A DNA stretch of 64,000 bases, taken from NCBI GenBank assembly GCA_963761335.1, contig CAVXGR010000012.1, positions 320,001 to 384,000 on the forward strand, in the 5' to 3' direction. Below, in pieces: positions 30,968-41,907 of the stretch. Made by a program: the position numbers and the translations under genes. Numbering within the stretch: the stretch's first letter is position 1; each line of letters begins with the position of its first letter. This DNA is from an uncultured delta proteobacterium. GTDB taxonomy: Bacteria > Desulfobacterota > Binatia > HRBIN30 > BPIQ01. The notes beneath the pieces are model-generated. The model made no database searches, was not told the DNA's origin, and saw only the letters and a program-made list of their open reading frames with translations.

Positions 30968-31692
30968 AGCTCGCCAAGCGCATCGCCCTGGTCACCGGAG
31001 GGGCTCGCCGCCTCGGTCGCGACATCGCCCTGGGGCTGGCCCGCGCCGGTGCCGACGTCGCCATCAGTCATCACACCTCGGCCGAGGACGCGGCGCGAAC
31101 CGCCGACGAGATCCGCGCCCTCGGCCGCCGGGCCCTGGCGGTGGAATGCGACGTGCGCGAGGACGAGCAGGTGCGCAGCCTCGTCGAGCGAGCCACCCTC
31201 GAGCTCGGGCACGTCGACGTGCTGGTGGCGAGCGCCGGCATCTTCTTCCGCACCCCGATGGCCGAGCTCCAGGAAGCCGACTGGGACGCCCACATCGACA
31301 TCAACCTGAAGGGCGCCTTCCTCTGCGCCCACCACGTCGGCTTGCAGATGTCGCAGCGAGGCGGCTGCATGGTGCTCATCGCCGACGTCGCCGGGATGCG
31401 CCCCTGGCCCAACTATCTTCCCTACTCGGTCAGCAAGGCGGGAGTGATCGCCTTGACGCGAGGGCTCGCCGTACAGCTGGCGCCCCGGGTGCGCGTCAAT
31501 GCGGTGGCTCCCGGACCGGTTCTGCTTCCCGAGAACTACGGCGCCGAGGCCACCGAGAGAGCCATCGCCCGCACTCTCCTGCACCGCGTGGGAAGCCCCG
31601 CGGACGTCACCGACGCCGTCCTCTATCTCGCCAGCGCCGACTACGTGACCGGTGTCGTCCTCCCGGTCGACGGCGGCCGGCACCTGGGATGA
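30964..31692 (+). CDS. SDR, pteridine reductase/FolM-like
   Basis: TGGARRLG, YSVSK, LAPRVRVNAVAPG, VDGGRHL. Confidence 0.85.
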   Translation: MKLAKRIALVTGGARRLGRDIALGLARAGADVAISHHTSAEDAARTADEIRALGRRALAVECDVREDEQVRSLVERATLELGHVDVLVASAGIFFRTPMAELQEADWDAHIDINLKGAFLCAHHVGLQMSQRGGCMVLIADVAGMRPWPNYLPYSVSKAGVIALTRGLAVQLAPRVRVNAVAPGPVLLPENYGAEATERAIARTLLHRVGSPADVTDAVLYLASADYVTGVVLPVDGGRHLG

Positions 31693-32273
31693 GCCCCGCC
31701 GCGGCCGTGGTCCGAGACCTCGGAGCGAGCCCGCTCTGGCGGGAGATCTTCGGCAACGACGCTGCCGTCGAGATCGAGATCGGCCCCGAGCGCGGCATCT
31801 TTCTGCTGAAGGCCGCGGCGCTGCGGCCAGATCACAACTTCTTCGCCATCGAGCGCTCGGGCTCGCGGGTGGCACGGCTGGCGGCGTCGCTGCGAGAGAG
31901 ACGCGTCGCCAACGCGCGCGTCATCCACGCCGACGCCGCGTGCGTCGTGCACAGCTGCATTCCGGCCGGATCGGTGAGCGTCTACCACATCTATTTTCCC
32001 GACCCGTGGTGGAAGAACCGCCACCGGCACCGGCGCCTCCTGACTCCGGAGCTCGCCGCGGACCTGTGCCGCAGCCTGCGTCTCGGCGGCGAGATCCATC
32101 TGGTCACCGACGTGGAGGAGACCTTCGCGCGCGGCGCTGATTCCCTGGCGCTCGTGGCGGGGCTTCAGCGCCTGGCGGAGGCACCGCCGCGGCCCGTCCG
32201 CACCGCCTTCGAGCAGAAGGCGCTGCAACGCGGTAGCCGCCTCTATGCAGCATCCTTTCGGCGGATCGCTTGA
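31689..32273 (+). CDS. trmB: tRNA (guanine-N7)-methyltransferase
   Basis: EIEIG, FFAIE, HADA, IYFPDPWWK.RH..RRL, VTD, TAFEQK; ATGA overlap with the upstream SDR. Confidence 0.85.
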   Translation: MSPAAAVVRDLGASPLWREIFGNDAAVEIEIGPERGIFLLKAAALRPDHNFFAIERSGSRVARLAASLRERRVANARVIHADAACVVHSCIPAGSVSVYHIYFPDPWWKNRHRHRRLLTPELAADLCRSLRLGGEIHLVTDVEETFARGADSLALVAGLQRLAEAPPRPVRTAFEQKALQRGSRLYAASFRRIA

Positions 32274-32288
32274 TTCGCCGCAGCCGAC

Positions 32289-32966
32289 TCAGCGGCGGTC
32301 GTGGTAGAGACGCCGAAGGCGCTCCGGAGACAGCCCGAAGAAATACAGAGCCCGCATGCTCCACATCAGGAGAATGGTGCGCACGACGCCATCGGCACGC
32401 CACCGCCTCGACGAGGTGACCACTTGGAGCCGCAGGCAGGCAACCCGGCCGGCCCGCTTGAGCTTGCGAGAGAAGGCGATGTCTTCCATGAGCGGCATCT
32501 CCGGGAAGCCGCCGAGCCGCTCGAACACCGGGCGGCGCACGAAGATCGCCTGATCGCCGGTAGAGATGCGGGACAGCCGCGAGCGATGGTTCATCAGCGC
32601 CCCGGTGAGCCACAGAAGCCGGCTCGACGGCTCCAGGCGCACGTCGAAGCGGCCGCCGGCGACCCGCGGGTCGGCAAGCCGGGCTTCGATGGCGTCGGCG
32701 AAGCCGTTGGGCAGCCGGGTATCGGCATGCAGAAAGAGCAACACGTCGCCCGCGGCCGCTCGCGCCCCGGCGTTCATCTGCACCGCCCGCCCCCGCCGCG
32801 TCCGGATCACCTGATCGGCGAAAGCACGGGCGCGCTCGACGGTGCGGTCGCTGCTGCCGCCGTCGACGACGACGATCTCGCAATCGCCGGCCTCGCGCAC
32901 GCGCCGCAGCGTCTCCTCGATCTGCCGCTCCTCATCGAGCGCCGGCACCACGATCGACAGCCGCAT
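32289..32966 (-). CDS. GT2 glycosyltransferase (TIGR04283-like)
   Basis: VVDGGSSD, GRAVQMNAGA, LFLHADT, TGDQAIFV, PLMED, TSSRRW. Confidence 0.88.
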   Translation of the reverse strand: MRLSIVVPALDEERQIEETLRRVREAGDCEIVVVDGGSSDRTVERARAFADQVIRTRRGRAVQMNAGARAAAGDVLLFLHADTRLPNGFADAIEARLADPRVAGGRFDVRLEPSSRLLWLTGALMNHRSRLSRISTGDQAIFVRRPVFERLGGFPEMPLMEDIAFSRKLKRAGRVACLRLQVVTSSRRWRADGVVRTILLMWSMRALYFFGLSPERLRRLYHDRR

Positions 32967-33058
32967 GCCGGGCAGATACGACGATTCGGCGCACGCATCC
33001 AGCGGCGCGCATCGACGCTGGTTGAAATAGCCGGCGGCAATTCACTACAACCGCCGGC

Positions 33059-33874
33059 GTGACTATAGCGCCGCCTCAGCGGATCACGGTCAATGGCGTC
33101 TCTCTGCACTGCCGCCAGCAGGGAACGGGCAGCGACCTGGTGCTCACCCACGGTCTCGGAAACAGCATGGCGTACTGGGAGCCATACCTGCCGGCGCTGA
33201 CACGGCGACACCGGGTGCTGATCTGGGACGTCCGCGGCTTCGGCGACAGCGACAAGCCGCCGGGGCCCTACTCGGTGAGTGGCTTCGCCGCGGATCTCGC
33301 GGCGCTCGTCGGCGCCCTGGGTGTCCGCTCGGCCCACTTCGCCGGCATCTCCATGGGCGGCGTCATCACCCAGCGCCTGGCGCTCGATTTTCCGCACCTG
33401 CTGCGCTCGATGATCCTGGTCAGCACCTCCAGCCAGGTGAGCGAAGCGGCCGCCCAGGGGTGGGACAGACTCGCCGACCTGGTCGAGAAACGCGGCTTCA
33501 GCCCCAGCGCCGCAGCGGCGGCGCGCAGCTTCTCACCGGCCTTCGCCGAGGCGCATGCCGATGCCGTCGAGGAGGCGAGCCGCATCACCGCCGCCAACGA
33601 TCCGCGCGCCTACGGGGCCGCGGCACGCGCGGTGGCGCGCTATCACTGGACCGAGGAGCTGGCCGGGGTGCAGACCCCCACCCTCATCCTGCAGGGAGCC
33701 GATGATCAGCTCACCCCCCCGGGAGGCTCGGTGATCATGAGCCGCCGCCTGCCGCGCTCCTGCCTGCTCATCGTCCCGGCGGCCGGGCACAACCTGCCGA
33801 TCGAGCAGCCGATCGTCTTCGAGAGCGCGATCTCGGCCTTCACTGCGCCGCTGGACTGGGGCGCCGACGGCTGA
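33059..33874 (+). CDS. Alpha/beta hydrolase (PcaD-like)
   Basis: THGLG, DVRGFGDS, GISMGG, GADD, AGHNL. Confidence 0.88.
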   Translation: MTIAPPQRITVNGVSLHCRQQGTGSDLVLTHGLGNSMAYWEPYLPALTRRHRVLIWDVRGFGDSDKPPGPYSVSGFAADLAALVGALGVRSAHFAGISMGGVITQRLALDFPHLLRSMILVSTSSQVSEAAAQGWDRLADLVEKRGFSPSAAAAARSFSPAFAEAHADAVEEASRITAANDPRAYGAAARAVARYHWTEELAGVQTPTLILQGADDQLTPPGGSVIMSRRLPRSCLLIVPAAGHNLPIEQPIVFESAISAFTAPLDWGADG

Positions 33875-33989
33875 AGGGTCCGATAACCAAACCCGTTATT
33901 GCCCCTGGCCACCATGTCTGGTAAAAAGGGCGGACAATTTTCGAGTGGCCCGAGGCGCCGGGTGAGGCGGCTGCGGGACACGGTGGAGG

Positions 33990-34655
33990 ATGATGCACAA
34001 CAAGCGTCTGGTCCCGGCATTCGCTCTGTCTCTGGCTGTTCTGCTGGTGAGCTCAGTTGCCGCCCGGGCACAATCTTCAGCCGAAGCCTCGCAGATTGAC
34101 CCCGATCGAGGCCGGGAGCTCACCAATCGCGCCCTCGACTTCCTGCACAAGGGAGAGGACGCAACCTCCCCGGAAGAGAAGCTCGCCGCCTACAGCGAAG
34201 GAGAGAAGCTCGCACGCCAGGCCGTCGAGCTCGATCCGATGTCCGCGGATGCCCATTTCGCCCTGTTCGCCAACAACGGACGGCGCCTGCTCAACGAAGG
34301 GGTCGGCGCCAATCCCATTCGCCTGCTCCAGGTCAACCGCGAGCTGGATCGCTGCCTCGAGCTCAACCCCAACCACACCGATGCGCTGGCGGCGCGCGGT
34401 GGCATGTACCGGCAGCTGCCGCGGCTGCTCGGCGGCAGCCTGATCAAGGCGGAGGAGTACCTCAGCCGCGCCGTGTCCCTGGATCCCCAGGCGGTCGGGG
34501 CGCGGATCGAGCTGGCGCGCACCTACTGCGACATGGGCGAGCCCGAACGCGCCACCCCTCTGCTCAAGACTGCCGCATACTGGGCAGACCGCCTCGGCAA
34601 GAAGCGCGAGCTCGACGAGGCACGCGCCCTGATAGCCGACCTCGCGAAGAAGTAA
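33990..34655 (+). CDS. Exported TPR-repeat protein
   Basis: Signal peptide; AVELDP, CLELNP, AVSLDP TPR turns; LPRLLGGS. Confidence 0.8.
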   Translation: MMHNKRLVPAFALSLAVLLVSSVAARAQSSAEASQIDPDRGRELTNRALDFLHKGEDATSPEEKLAAYSEGEKLARQAVELDPMSADAHFALFANNGRRLLNEGVGANPIRLLQVNRELDRCLELNPNHTDALAARGGMYRQLPRLLGGSLIKAEEYLSRAVSLDPQAVGARIELARTYCDMGEPERATPLLKTAAYWADRLGKKRELDEARALIADLAKK

Positions 34656-34722
34656 CTCGGGGCTCCGGTTTGAGAGGCCGTCTGAAGGCCCAGTCAAACC
34701 ACTCACCCGCCCATGGCGCGAA

Positions 34723-34772
34723 GTAGAAGCGGCGTCTCGCCGTTTCGGAAGGCGCCGGGACGGCGCTTCTAC
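34723..34772. repeat. GTAG-type REP-like hairpin
   Basis: GTAGAAGCGGCGTCTCG...GGGACGGCGCTTCTAC inverted repeat in an intergenic region. Confidence 0.6.
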
Positions 34773-34891
34773 CTTGGGGAGACAGCCTCTGCCGGGGCGT
34801 CGGAGGAACACTTCCCCTTCCCCGGCTGCGGCGTTTGAGGTAGCAGCAGGCTGCCTGTATCAGGGAGGCCACCAGCGAAGAGGAGCCCTGC

Positions 34892-35353
34892 GTGAAGCGA
34901 CGTAATCAGATCGCCCTGACGTCCGAGGAAGAGGCGCAGTATCTGGCCGAGTCGAAGACGATCATTCTCTGTACCAACGACCGCCATGGCTACCCACACG
35001 CCGTGGCGATGTGGTTCTACGCCGAGGACGGCGCCATCCTCATGACCACCTATGCAAAGTCGCAGAAGATCCTCAACCTTCGCCGCGACCCCAAGGTGAC
35101 GCTGCTGGTGGAATCGGGCGAGACGTACGACACGCTCAAGGGTGTGATGATTCGCGGCAAGGCGGAGCTCATCGACGATCTCGACCAGTGTGTCGCCCTT
35201 CTGGTGAAGATTCACCAGAAGATGGGCGGGGCGCTGCAACCGGGCCTCGATGAGATCATGCGCGCGAACGCGCGCAAGCGCATTCTCCTCAAGATCACTC
35301 CAATACATACCAGCAGCTGGGATCACGCCAAGCTCGGTACCGGCGTGTACTGA
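34892..35353 (+). CDS. PPOX-class (probable F420-dependent) oxidoreductase
   Basis: GYPHAVAMWF, TYAKSQKILNLRRDPKVTLLVESG..Y..LKGV, SWDHAKL; GTG start. Confidence 0.88.
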   Translation: MKRRNQIALTSEEEAQYLAESKTIILCTNDRHGYPHAVAMWFYAEDGAILMTTYAKSQKILNLRRDPKVTLLVESGETYDTLKGVMIRGKAELIDDLDQCVALLVKIHQKMGGALQPGLDEIMRANARKRILLKITPIHTSSWDHAKLGTGVY

Positions 35354-35376
35354 GGCCTCTTCTCCAACGCGCACAC

Positions 35377-36747
35377 GTGGAGCCGCTTCATCCCCCGGTG
35401 ATCGTCGTCGACGACGCGGACGAAGTGCGTCGCCTGCGGCGCACTCTGCTCAGCTTTCGCGACTTCGTGGAGAGCTGCCTCTTTCACCCGCGCTGGGGAT
35501 ACTACGCCAGTGGCGCCGTCCGTTTTGGTGATGGCGGTCACTACGATACCTATCCCATCGCTCTGTCGCCCTACTTTGGGCGCATGCTCGCCTCCATCGC
35601 TTTTCGCCGCTGGCGCCAGTGGGCGCGGCCGGCGCCCTTCGAGATCTGCGAGATCGGCGCCGGGAACGGCCAGCTCTGCCTCGACACTCTCGTCGCCGTC
35701 GAGATCGGCGCCCGCCGCGGCGGCGCCTGGAGCCGCTTCGCGCAGGCCCTGCGCTACCGCATCGTCGAGAAGAGCGCCGCCCTGCGGCGCCGTCAGGCGG
35801 GACTTCTCGGGCCGCTCGCCGAGCGCGTGGAATGGGAAGACGCCGACCTGGCGCGGGCGCCCGCACCCGTCCCGCCCCGCCGGCACGGGCTGGTGATCGC
35901 CAACGAGGTTCTCGACTGCCTGGCGCACCACAAGGTGATCTTCGACGGGCGCGGCGCCGCGCGCGTCGCCTGCGTCGGCGCCTTCCGCAACGGCGGCGGT
36001 GCAGCCCTGAACGGCAGAACGCTGCTGTCGCGCCGCGAGCTGTTCGCGGCGCTCGAGAGACGAGCGCCGCCGGCGGGAATCGCCGAGTTTCACTTGCCGA
36101 TCGACGCCTTCCCGGATCTCCGCGCCTTCCTCGACCGGCACGGTATCGCCGGTCGCCAATGGACCTACTTCGCCTGTCCGGAGATGGAGACGCTTCTCGA
36201 GAATCTGGCGGCGCTGTACCGCTGCGCCGACATCCTTCTCGTCGACTACGGCGGCGATCGCTCCTACCACCGGCGCGCCGCCGTCGGACAACGCCTGCGT
36301 GCCGGGAGGCCGGAGGAAGGCGCCAGCGCGTACCGGGCTCCCGGGCTCGACGACGTCACCTTCCTGGTCGATTTCTCGGTGGCGATGAACGCCGCCCGCG
36401 CCTGCGGTCTCCAGATCGCTTTCTACGGTGGCCAAGGCCAGCTCGCCTCGATGGCCGCCGTGCGCCTCGACGACCGCGCCGTCGACCTGATGATTCAGCA
36501 GCGTGCCCTCGGCTGGCTGCTGGCGGCGGCGGGCGTTGGCCCCGAGCAGGAGCAGCGCCGCAGCGCCATCAGCTGGACGAAGCCGCCGGGGCGGCGCCGC
36601 CCGCGGACTCTGCGGCAGGAGACGGAGATCGCCGTCGAGGAGTTCTGCGGTCGCCGGCGCAGCTTGTTCAAGCTGCTGGCGCTGCGGCGGCGCGGGCCTT
36701 CTACATCCGGAAGACGCCGACGCGCGGCTCGGGAATCGGAGCGTTGA
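35377..36747 (+). CDS. SAM-dependent methyltransferase, MidA/NDUFAF7 family
   Basis: [50 protein letters not shown]. Confidence 0.85.
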   Translation: MEPLHPPVIVVDDADEVRRLRRTLLSFRDFVESCLFHPRWGYYASGAVRFGDGGHYDTYPIALSPYFGRMLASIAFRRWRQWARPAPFEICEIGAGNGQLCLDTLVAVEIGARRGGAWSRFAQALRYRIVEKSAALRRRQAGLLGPLAERVEWEDADLARAPAPVPPRRHGLVIANEVLDCLAHHKVIFDGRGAARVACVGAFRNGGGAALNGRTLLSRRELFAALERRAPPAGIAEFHLPIDAFPDLRAFLDRHGIAGRQWTYFACPEMETLLENLAALYRCADILLVDYGGDRSYHRRAAVGQRLRAGRPEEGASAYRAPGLDDVTFLVDFSVAMNAARACGLQIAFYGGQGQLASMAAVRLDDRAVDLMIQQRALGWLLAAAGVGPEQEQRRSAISWTKPPGRRRPRTLRQETEIAVEEFCGRRRSLFKLLALRRRGPSTSGRRRRAARESER

Positions 36748-38308
36748 TCGACATCGAGATGCCGAGGGCGAGGACGTCGCGGGTGTCGAGCGGGTCGAGA
36801 ATGCCATCATCCCAGAGGCGCGCGGTCGAGTAGTACGGGCTGCCCTCCTGCTCGTAGATGGCGAGCACCGGCGCCATCAGTCCCTCCTGTTCCTCGGGTG
36901 TCATGTCACCGCCCCGGCTGCGCACCTGGTCGAGCTTCACCGTCAACAGCGTCCGCGCCGCCTGCTCGCCGCCCATCACCGAGATGCGCGAGTTCGGCCA
37001 GCTGAACAGCAGTCGCGGACCGTAGGCGCGCCCGCACATGCTGTAGTTGCCGGCGCCGTGCGAGGCGCCGATCATCACCGTCAGCTTGGGAACCTGGGCG
37101 TTGGCCACGGCGTGCACCATCTTGGCGCCGTCCTTGGTGATGCCGCCGTGCTCGTACTGCTTGCCGACGATGAAGCCGGTGATGTTCTGCAGGAACACCA
37201 GCGGGATGCGACGCTGGCAACAGATCTCGACGAAGTGCGCGCCCTTGAGGCTCGACTCCGAAAAGAGCACGCCGTTGTTGGCGATGATGCCCACGGGATA
37301 GCCGTGGATGCGGGCAAAGCCAGTCACCAGCGAGGTGCCGTAGAGCGCCTTGAACTCGTGGAAGCGGCTGCCGTCGACCAGGCGCGCGATCACCTCGCGC
37401 ACGTCATACGGCCGGCGGCTCTCGCTCGGAATGATGCCGTAGAGCTCGTGCGGGTCGTAGGCCGGATCCTCCGGGGCACTGACGTCGAGCCGAAACTTCT
37501 CCGTGCGCGGCAGGTTCTCCACGACCTCGCGAGCCAGAGCCAGGGCGTGCTCGTCGTTGGCGGCCAGGTGGTCGCAGACGCCGGAAATGCGCGTGTGCAC
37601 TTCGCCGCCGCCGAGCTCCTCGGCGCTCACCACCTCCCCGGTCGCCGCCTTGACCAGCGGCGGCCCGCCGAGAAAGACCGTGCCCTGGCCGCGCACGATG
37701 ATGTTCTCGTCGCACATCGCCGGGACATAGGCACCGCCGGCGGTGCTCGATCCCATGACCACGGCAACCTGCGGCAGGCCCATGGCCGACATCACCGCCT
37801 GGTTGTAGAAGACCCGGCCGCCGTGCTGCTCGTCGGCGAAGATCTCCGCCTGCAGCGGCAGATACGCTCCGCCGGAGTCCACCAGATAGACGCACGGCAG
37901 GCGGTTTTCCATGGCGATCTTCTGGGCGCGCAGATGCTTCTTCACGGTCATCGGGTACATGGTGCCGCCCTTGACGGTGGCGTCGTTGGCGATCACCAGG
38001 ACCTCGCGCCCGTGCACCACACCGATCCCGGTCACCGTACCCGCACACGGCGCCTCGTCGCCGTACATGTCGAACGCCGCCAGCGGCGACAGCTCGAGAA
38101 AGGGCGCGTCCGGGTCGAGGAGTGTCTCGACGCGATCGCGCACCAGCATCTTGCCGCGCTCCACGTGCCGGCGCTTCGACGCCTCCGGCCCCATGGAACG
38201 CGCCCACGCCAGCCGCTCGCGCAGCTCGCGCACGCGCGACGCCATCAGCTCGGCGTTCCCCTTGAACTCGGCGCTGTTGGGGCGGATCTTCGTCTCGATG
38301 CGGCGCAT
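36701..38308 (-). CDS. Acyl-CoA carboxylase carboxyltransferase subunit (second paralog; MCC/geranyl-CoA carboxylase beta-like)
   Basis: Colinear and highly similar to 229-1836 ([26 protein letters not shown]). Confidence 0.92.
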   Translation of the reverse strand: MRRIETKIRPNSAEFKGNAELMASRVRELRERLAWARSMGPEASKRRHVERGKMLVRDRVETLLDPDAPFLELSPLAAFDMYGDEAPCAGTVTGIGVVHGREVLVIANDATVKGGTMYPMTVKKHLRAQKIAMENRLPCVYLVDSGGAYLPLQAEIFADEQHGGRVFYNQAVMSAMGLPQVAVVMGSSTAGGAYVPAMCDENIIVRGQGTVFLGGPPLVKAATGEVVSAEELGGGEVHTRISGVCDHLAANDEHALALAREVVENLPRTEKFRLDVSAPEDPAYDPHELYGIIPSESRRPYDVREVIARLVDGSRFHEFKALYGTSLVTGFARIHGYPVGIIANNGVLFSESSLKGAHFVEICCQRRIPLVFLQNITGFIVGKQYEHGGITKDGAKMVHAVANAQVPKLTVMIGASHGAGNYSMCGRAYGPRLLFSWPNSRISVMGGEQAARTLLTVKLDQVRSRGGDMTPEEQEGLMAPVLAIYEQEGSPYYSTARLWDDGILDPLDTRDVLALGISMSINAPIPEPRVGVFRM

Positions 38309-38324
38309 CAGGCGCTCCGTCGCC

Positions 38325-39095
38325 CTAGCGCGCCCAGCGCGGGGGACGCTTCTCCAGGAAGGCGTTCATCCCCTCCTGCCCCTCGTCGCTGATGCGCGCC
38401 CGAGCGATGAACGCGGCGGTGCGCTCCTGCGTGGCAGCGGGATCCCCGAGATCGATGGACTCGAGAAGCTGCTTGATCGTGCCGCTGGCTTCGGGGGCGC
38501 AGGCGTGCAGCTGCTGCAAGAGCGCCTCGATTTCGCCGTCGAGCGTTTCCGCGGCCACCGCCGCATCGATCAGGCCGATGGCCTGGGCGCGCGCCGCATC
38601 GAATGTCTCCCCGGTCAGGAACAGCCGTCGCGCCCGGCCCTCGCCGATCTTGCGAACCACGTACGGCGAGATCATCGCCGGCACGACGCCGAGGCGCACC
38701 TCGGTGAAGGCGAAGTGCGCGCTGCTCGCGGCAATGGCGAAGTCGCAGGCGGCGATGATGCCGACGCCGCCGCCGCGCGCCGGGCCGTTGACCCGGGCGA
38801 TGATCGGGCGCGGAAAGTCGTAGCAGGCGGCAAAGAGTTGCGCCGATTCGCGCGCGTCGCGAAGGTTGTCCTCGTACGAGGCCCCCTTCATCGATTTCAT
38901 CCAGGCGAGATCGGCACCGGCCGAGAAGACCTTGCCGGCTCCGCTGATGATCAGAGCCCTTAGGCTCGGGTCGCCGGCGAGCTCCTTCATCGCCGTCAGC
39001 ATGCGCTCCATCAGCTCGCCGTTGAGGGCGTTGCCGATCTCGGGGCGATTCAGGGTCAATCGCGCAATGTCTCCGCTTCGCTCGATGTCCAGCAT
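38325..39095 (-). CDS. liuC: Enoyl-CoA hydratase, methylglutaconyl-CoA hydratase-like
   Basis: [54 protein letters not shown]. Confidence 0.82.
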   Translation of the reverse strand: MLDIERSGDIARLTLNRPEIGNALNGELMERMLTAMKELAGDPSLRALIISGAGKVFSAGADLAWMKSMKGASYEDNLRDARESAQLFAACYDFPRPIIARVNGPARGGGVGIIAACDFAIAASSAHFAFTEVRLGVVPAMISPYVVRKIGEGRARRLFLTGETFDAARAQAIGLIDAAVAAETLDGEIEALLQQLHACAPEASGTIKQLLESIDLGDPAATQERTAAFIARARISDEGQEGMNAFLEKRPPRWAR

Positions 39096-39134
39096 CGTGT
39101 CCACTCTCTTGTCGGCGCAGGCGCGCCTCGGCAT

Positions 39135-40943
39135 CTATCGCTTGGTCGGCCGCTCCGGCAGACCGGCGAGCAGCGCCTCCGGCACCTCCAGCTCCATGAG
39201 CAGGAGGCCTTGGGCGAGGGTCTTTCCCTGGTGGTCGACGCGCAGGGACAGGGTTCCCCCGCCCCCGAGCGCATTGTGAAGCATGAAGTTGAAGGCCAGC
39301 AGGTTGGGGAGCTCGTAGCGCACCACGCTGCCGCGGACCAGGTCGGCGTAGTGTCGCTTCACTCTTTCCTCGGTGAACTCGGCACGCAGGAACTGATAGA
39401 TCGCCGCGGAGCGCGCCGCGACGCCGATGTTGGCGTGATCGCCCTTGTCGCCCGAGCGCGCATAGGCGACCGCATGCAGGGGCAAGCGCCGCTTGGGCCC
39501 GGCCGGTACCGCGGCGGCGAGCCCGGCGCCTGCGGTCGCCGCCTGGCCGCCATCGCCGCGGAGATCGCCCAGAGACATCGGGCAGGCGCCTTTCCACACC
39601 TCGTCGCCGCGGCGCACCTCGACGGTGGCGGAAACCGCCCGGCGCGGCACCAGCGCCGGCCAGAAGCCGAACGCGGTCTGCACATCGGGACGGCCGCCGA
39701 AGACTCCGAAGCCGGGAGGCGCCTGTAGGCCGAAGCCGAGGATATTGCTGGCGAAGCGTTGCAGCTTCTTGCGATCCGCATCGCGCACCGCCAGACGGAA
39801 GATGATCTCGTTGGGCTCCACCGCTGGCGCCGCCTCTCCCCAGCAGGCGTTCGCCCCGATGAAATCGGTGCGCCGATCGGCAAAGTCGCTTCCCAGCCGG
39901 TGCCAGATCATCTCGGAAAAGCGCCTGGCCTTGGCGAGGACGTTGGGGCCCGACAGCAAGGCGGTGCCCACGGCCTTGAAGCCGTCGGAGTAGACGATCG
40001 AGGCCTTCAGCGCCTCGGGCGCGCGCCGACCGCGGCAGCAGCGCACGCGCACGCGATCGGCGCCGTCGTCGCTGAGCTCGACCGAGGTGAAGTCGACGGC
40101 GACGTCCGGCGTCAGATAGGCACGCGGGTCGCCGATCTCGTAGAGCAGCTGCTCGGTGACCGTCTTGCGATTCACCACGCCTCCGGTGCCGGGATGCTTG
40201 GTGACCACGAACTCCCCATCGGCGGAGGCCTCGACGATGGGATACCCCATGTCGAGCATCGACGGCGTCTCCTCCCAGTCGGTGAAGTTGCCGCCGGTCG
40301 CCTGGGCGCCGCACTCGAGGATGTGCCCGGCGACCGTCCCGGCGGCCAGGCGATCCCAGTCGCTCCACCCCCAGCCAAACTCATGAACCAGCGGCGCCAG
40401 GATCAGAGCGGCGTCGGTGGTGCGCCCGGTCACGATGATGCGGGCGCCCTGCTTCAGGGCGTCGACTACCGGCCGCGCCCCCAGATAGGCGTTGGCCGCC
40501 ACGACCCGACCGCGGATGGTTTCGTAGGGCCGCCGATCGTCAAGATTCGCCAGGTCCGCGCCGGCGGCTTCGATCTCGTCGAGGCGGCCGAGGATATCGT
40601 CGCCGGCAACCACGCCGATCGGGAGATCGACGCCCTGCGAACGGCAGAGCTCGCCGACGGCGTCGGCGCAGGCCTGCGGATTGATCCCGCCGGCGTTGAC
40701 GATCACCGTGACACCCTTGCTGGCGATCGCCCCGAGGACGCCGCGCAGCTGCGCCACGAAATCAGCGGCGAAGCCCGCCTGCGGGTTCTGGGCGCGCTGG
40801 CGCTGCAGGATCACCATGGTGATCTCGGCGAGAAAGTCCATGGTGACATAGTCGATGTCCCCACCGAGCACCTGGCGCTGCAGAGCCTCAGGATCGTCTC
40901 CCCAGTAGCCACCGGCGTTGGCGATGCGCACTCGATCTCTCAT
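39135..40943 (-). CDS. atuA: Acyclic terpene utilization AtuA family protein
   Basis: IANAGGYWGD, DFLAEITM, ANAYLGA, GHILECGAQATGGN, EQLLYEIGDP, ARSGDKGD, DHQGK. Confidence 0.9.
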   Translation of the reverse strand: MRDRVRIANAGGYWGDDPEALQRQVLGGDIDYVTMDFLAEITMVILQRQRAQNPQAGFAADFVAQLRGVLGAIASKGVTVIVNAGGINPQACADAVGELCRSQGVDLPIGVVAGDDILGRLDEIEAAGADLANLDDRRPYETIRGRVVAANAYLGARPVVDALKQGARIIVTGRTTDAALILAPLVHEFGWGWSDWDRLAAGTVAGHILECGAQATGGNFTDWEETPSMLDMGYPIVEASADGEFVVTKHPGTGGVVNRKTVTEQLLYEIGDPRAYLTPDVAVDFTSVELSDDGADRVRVRCCRGRRAPEALKASIVYSDGFKAVGTALLSGPNVLAKARRFSEMIWHRLGSDFADRRTDFIGANACWGEAAPAVEPNEIIFRLAVRDADRKKLQRFASNILGFGLQAPPGFGVFGGRPDVQTAFGFWPALVPRRAVSATVEVRRGDEVWKGACPMSLGDLRGDGGQAATAGAGLAAAVPAGPKRRLPLHAVAYARSGDKGDHANIGVAARSAAIYQFLRAEFTEERVKRHYADLVRGSVVRYELPNLLAFNFMLHNALGGGGTLSLRVDHQGKTLAQGLLLMELEVPEALLAGLPERPTKR

Positions 40944-41011
40944 AGGTCTCACTCGCGGCAGCCGCCGACGATAGAACAACCCGGCCGGCGGGACAAACCC
41001 CATCCCTTCCC

Positions 41012-41274
41012 GGGTGGTCTCCTAAATTGCCGATCTGACCTTCCTGTTGTGCCTCCCCGGCTCGGGGAAAGGTCTCCTCTCCCCGCATTCTTTTCCGCGG
41101 GGAGAGGATCAAGGTGAGGGGCCCCTTTCTCACTGAAAGTCTATGATTTCTGCGACGCTCACCCTGACCCTCTCCCGCGAGAAGGTGCGGGAGAGGGAAC
41201 CCGCACTCGCACCGTCGTGAAGACAACCACAGTCGTTGTCAATGGGACATGTTCCCCGACTCAGGACCGTACTC
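41012..41274. repeat. ~260 bp MITE/REP-like dispersed element, copy 2 (inverted relative to copy 1)
   Basis: Reverse complement of 11073-11325; contains CTCACCCTGACCCTCTCCC..GGGAGAGGG. Confidence 0.85.
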
Positions 41275-41426
41275 TTGCCCGATGCTCCCCTAAAACAAGT
41301 ACCCCCTGCCCGATGTTGAGCCGAAGCCGGTCCCGCCCTTCAAAATTCACCTTGAAGCCCCACCGGGCCCTTTGCTACGAAGGAACCGCGGCAGGGTTGC
41401 GCACAGGGACAGGAGGGTATCTGCAC

Positions 41427-41876
41427 ATGAAGGGCACCAACCTGCAGGGCATCAAGATCCCGACGATGCTGCTCGTCGAGGACAATGAGGACGATGCCGA
41501 GCTCACGCGGCGGGCTCTCTCACGGGCGCGCATCGGCAACAAGCTGTTGGTCGTCAACGACGGCGAGGAGGCGCTCGAGCTGCTGTACCGCCAGGCAATG
41601 GAGGAGGGCAGCGAGGTCGGCTTGATCCTGCTCGACCTCGGCCTGCCGAAGGTGGATGGGCGAGAGGTCCTGCGGCGTGTGTGGAGCGATCGCCGCTTGC
41701 GCGACATCCCGGTGATCGTGCTCACCGGCTCAGCGAGCGAGGAGGACATGTTGAAGAGCTACAAGTCCGGCGCCGTGGCCTTTCTCCGCAAGCCCGTGGA
41801 CGTCGACCGCCTTCTGCACGCCATCGGCGACCTGCACGAGTACCGCCTCCTGATCGCCCGCGTCGAGGGCTGCTGA
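41427..41876 (+). CDS. Single-domain response regulator (Rcp1-like receiver)
   Basis: LLVEDNEDD, LLDLGLPKVDG, VLTGS, FLRKP; AGGAGG RBS. Confidence 0.92.
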   Translation: MKGTNLQGIKIPTMLLVEDNEDDAELTRRALSRARIGNKLLVVNDGEEALELLYRQAMEEGSEVGLILLDLGLPKVDGREVLRRVWSDRRLRDIPVIVLTGSASEEDMLKSYKSGAVAFLRKPVDVDRLLHAIGDLHEYRLLIARVEGC

Positions 41877-41907
41877 GGCCGGCGCCGGCCGCCGGCGGAA
41901 CAGTTTC

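Noticed and set aside
32289..32966. Arsenosugar or selenium biosynthesis cluster
   Set aside because: Only the lone GT2 gene is present; no radical SAM or partner transferase is adjacent
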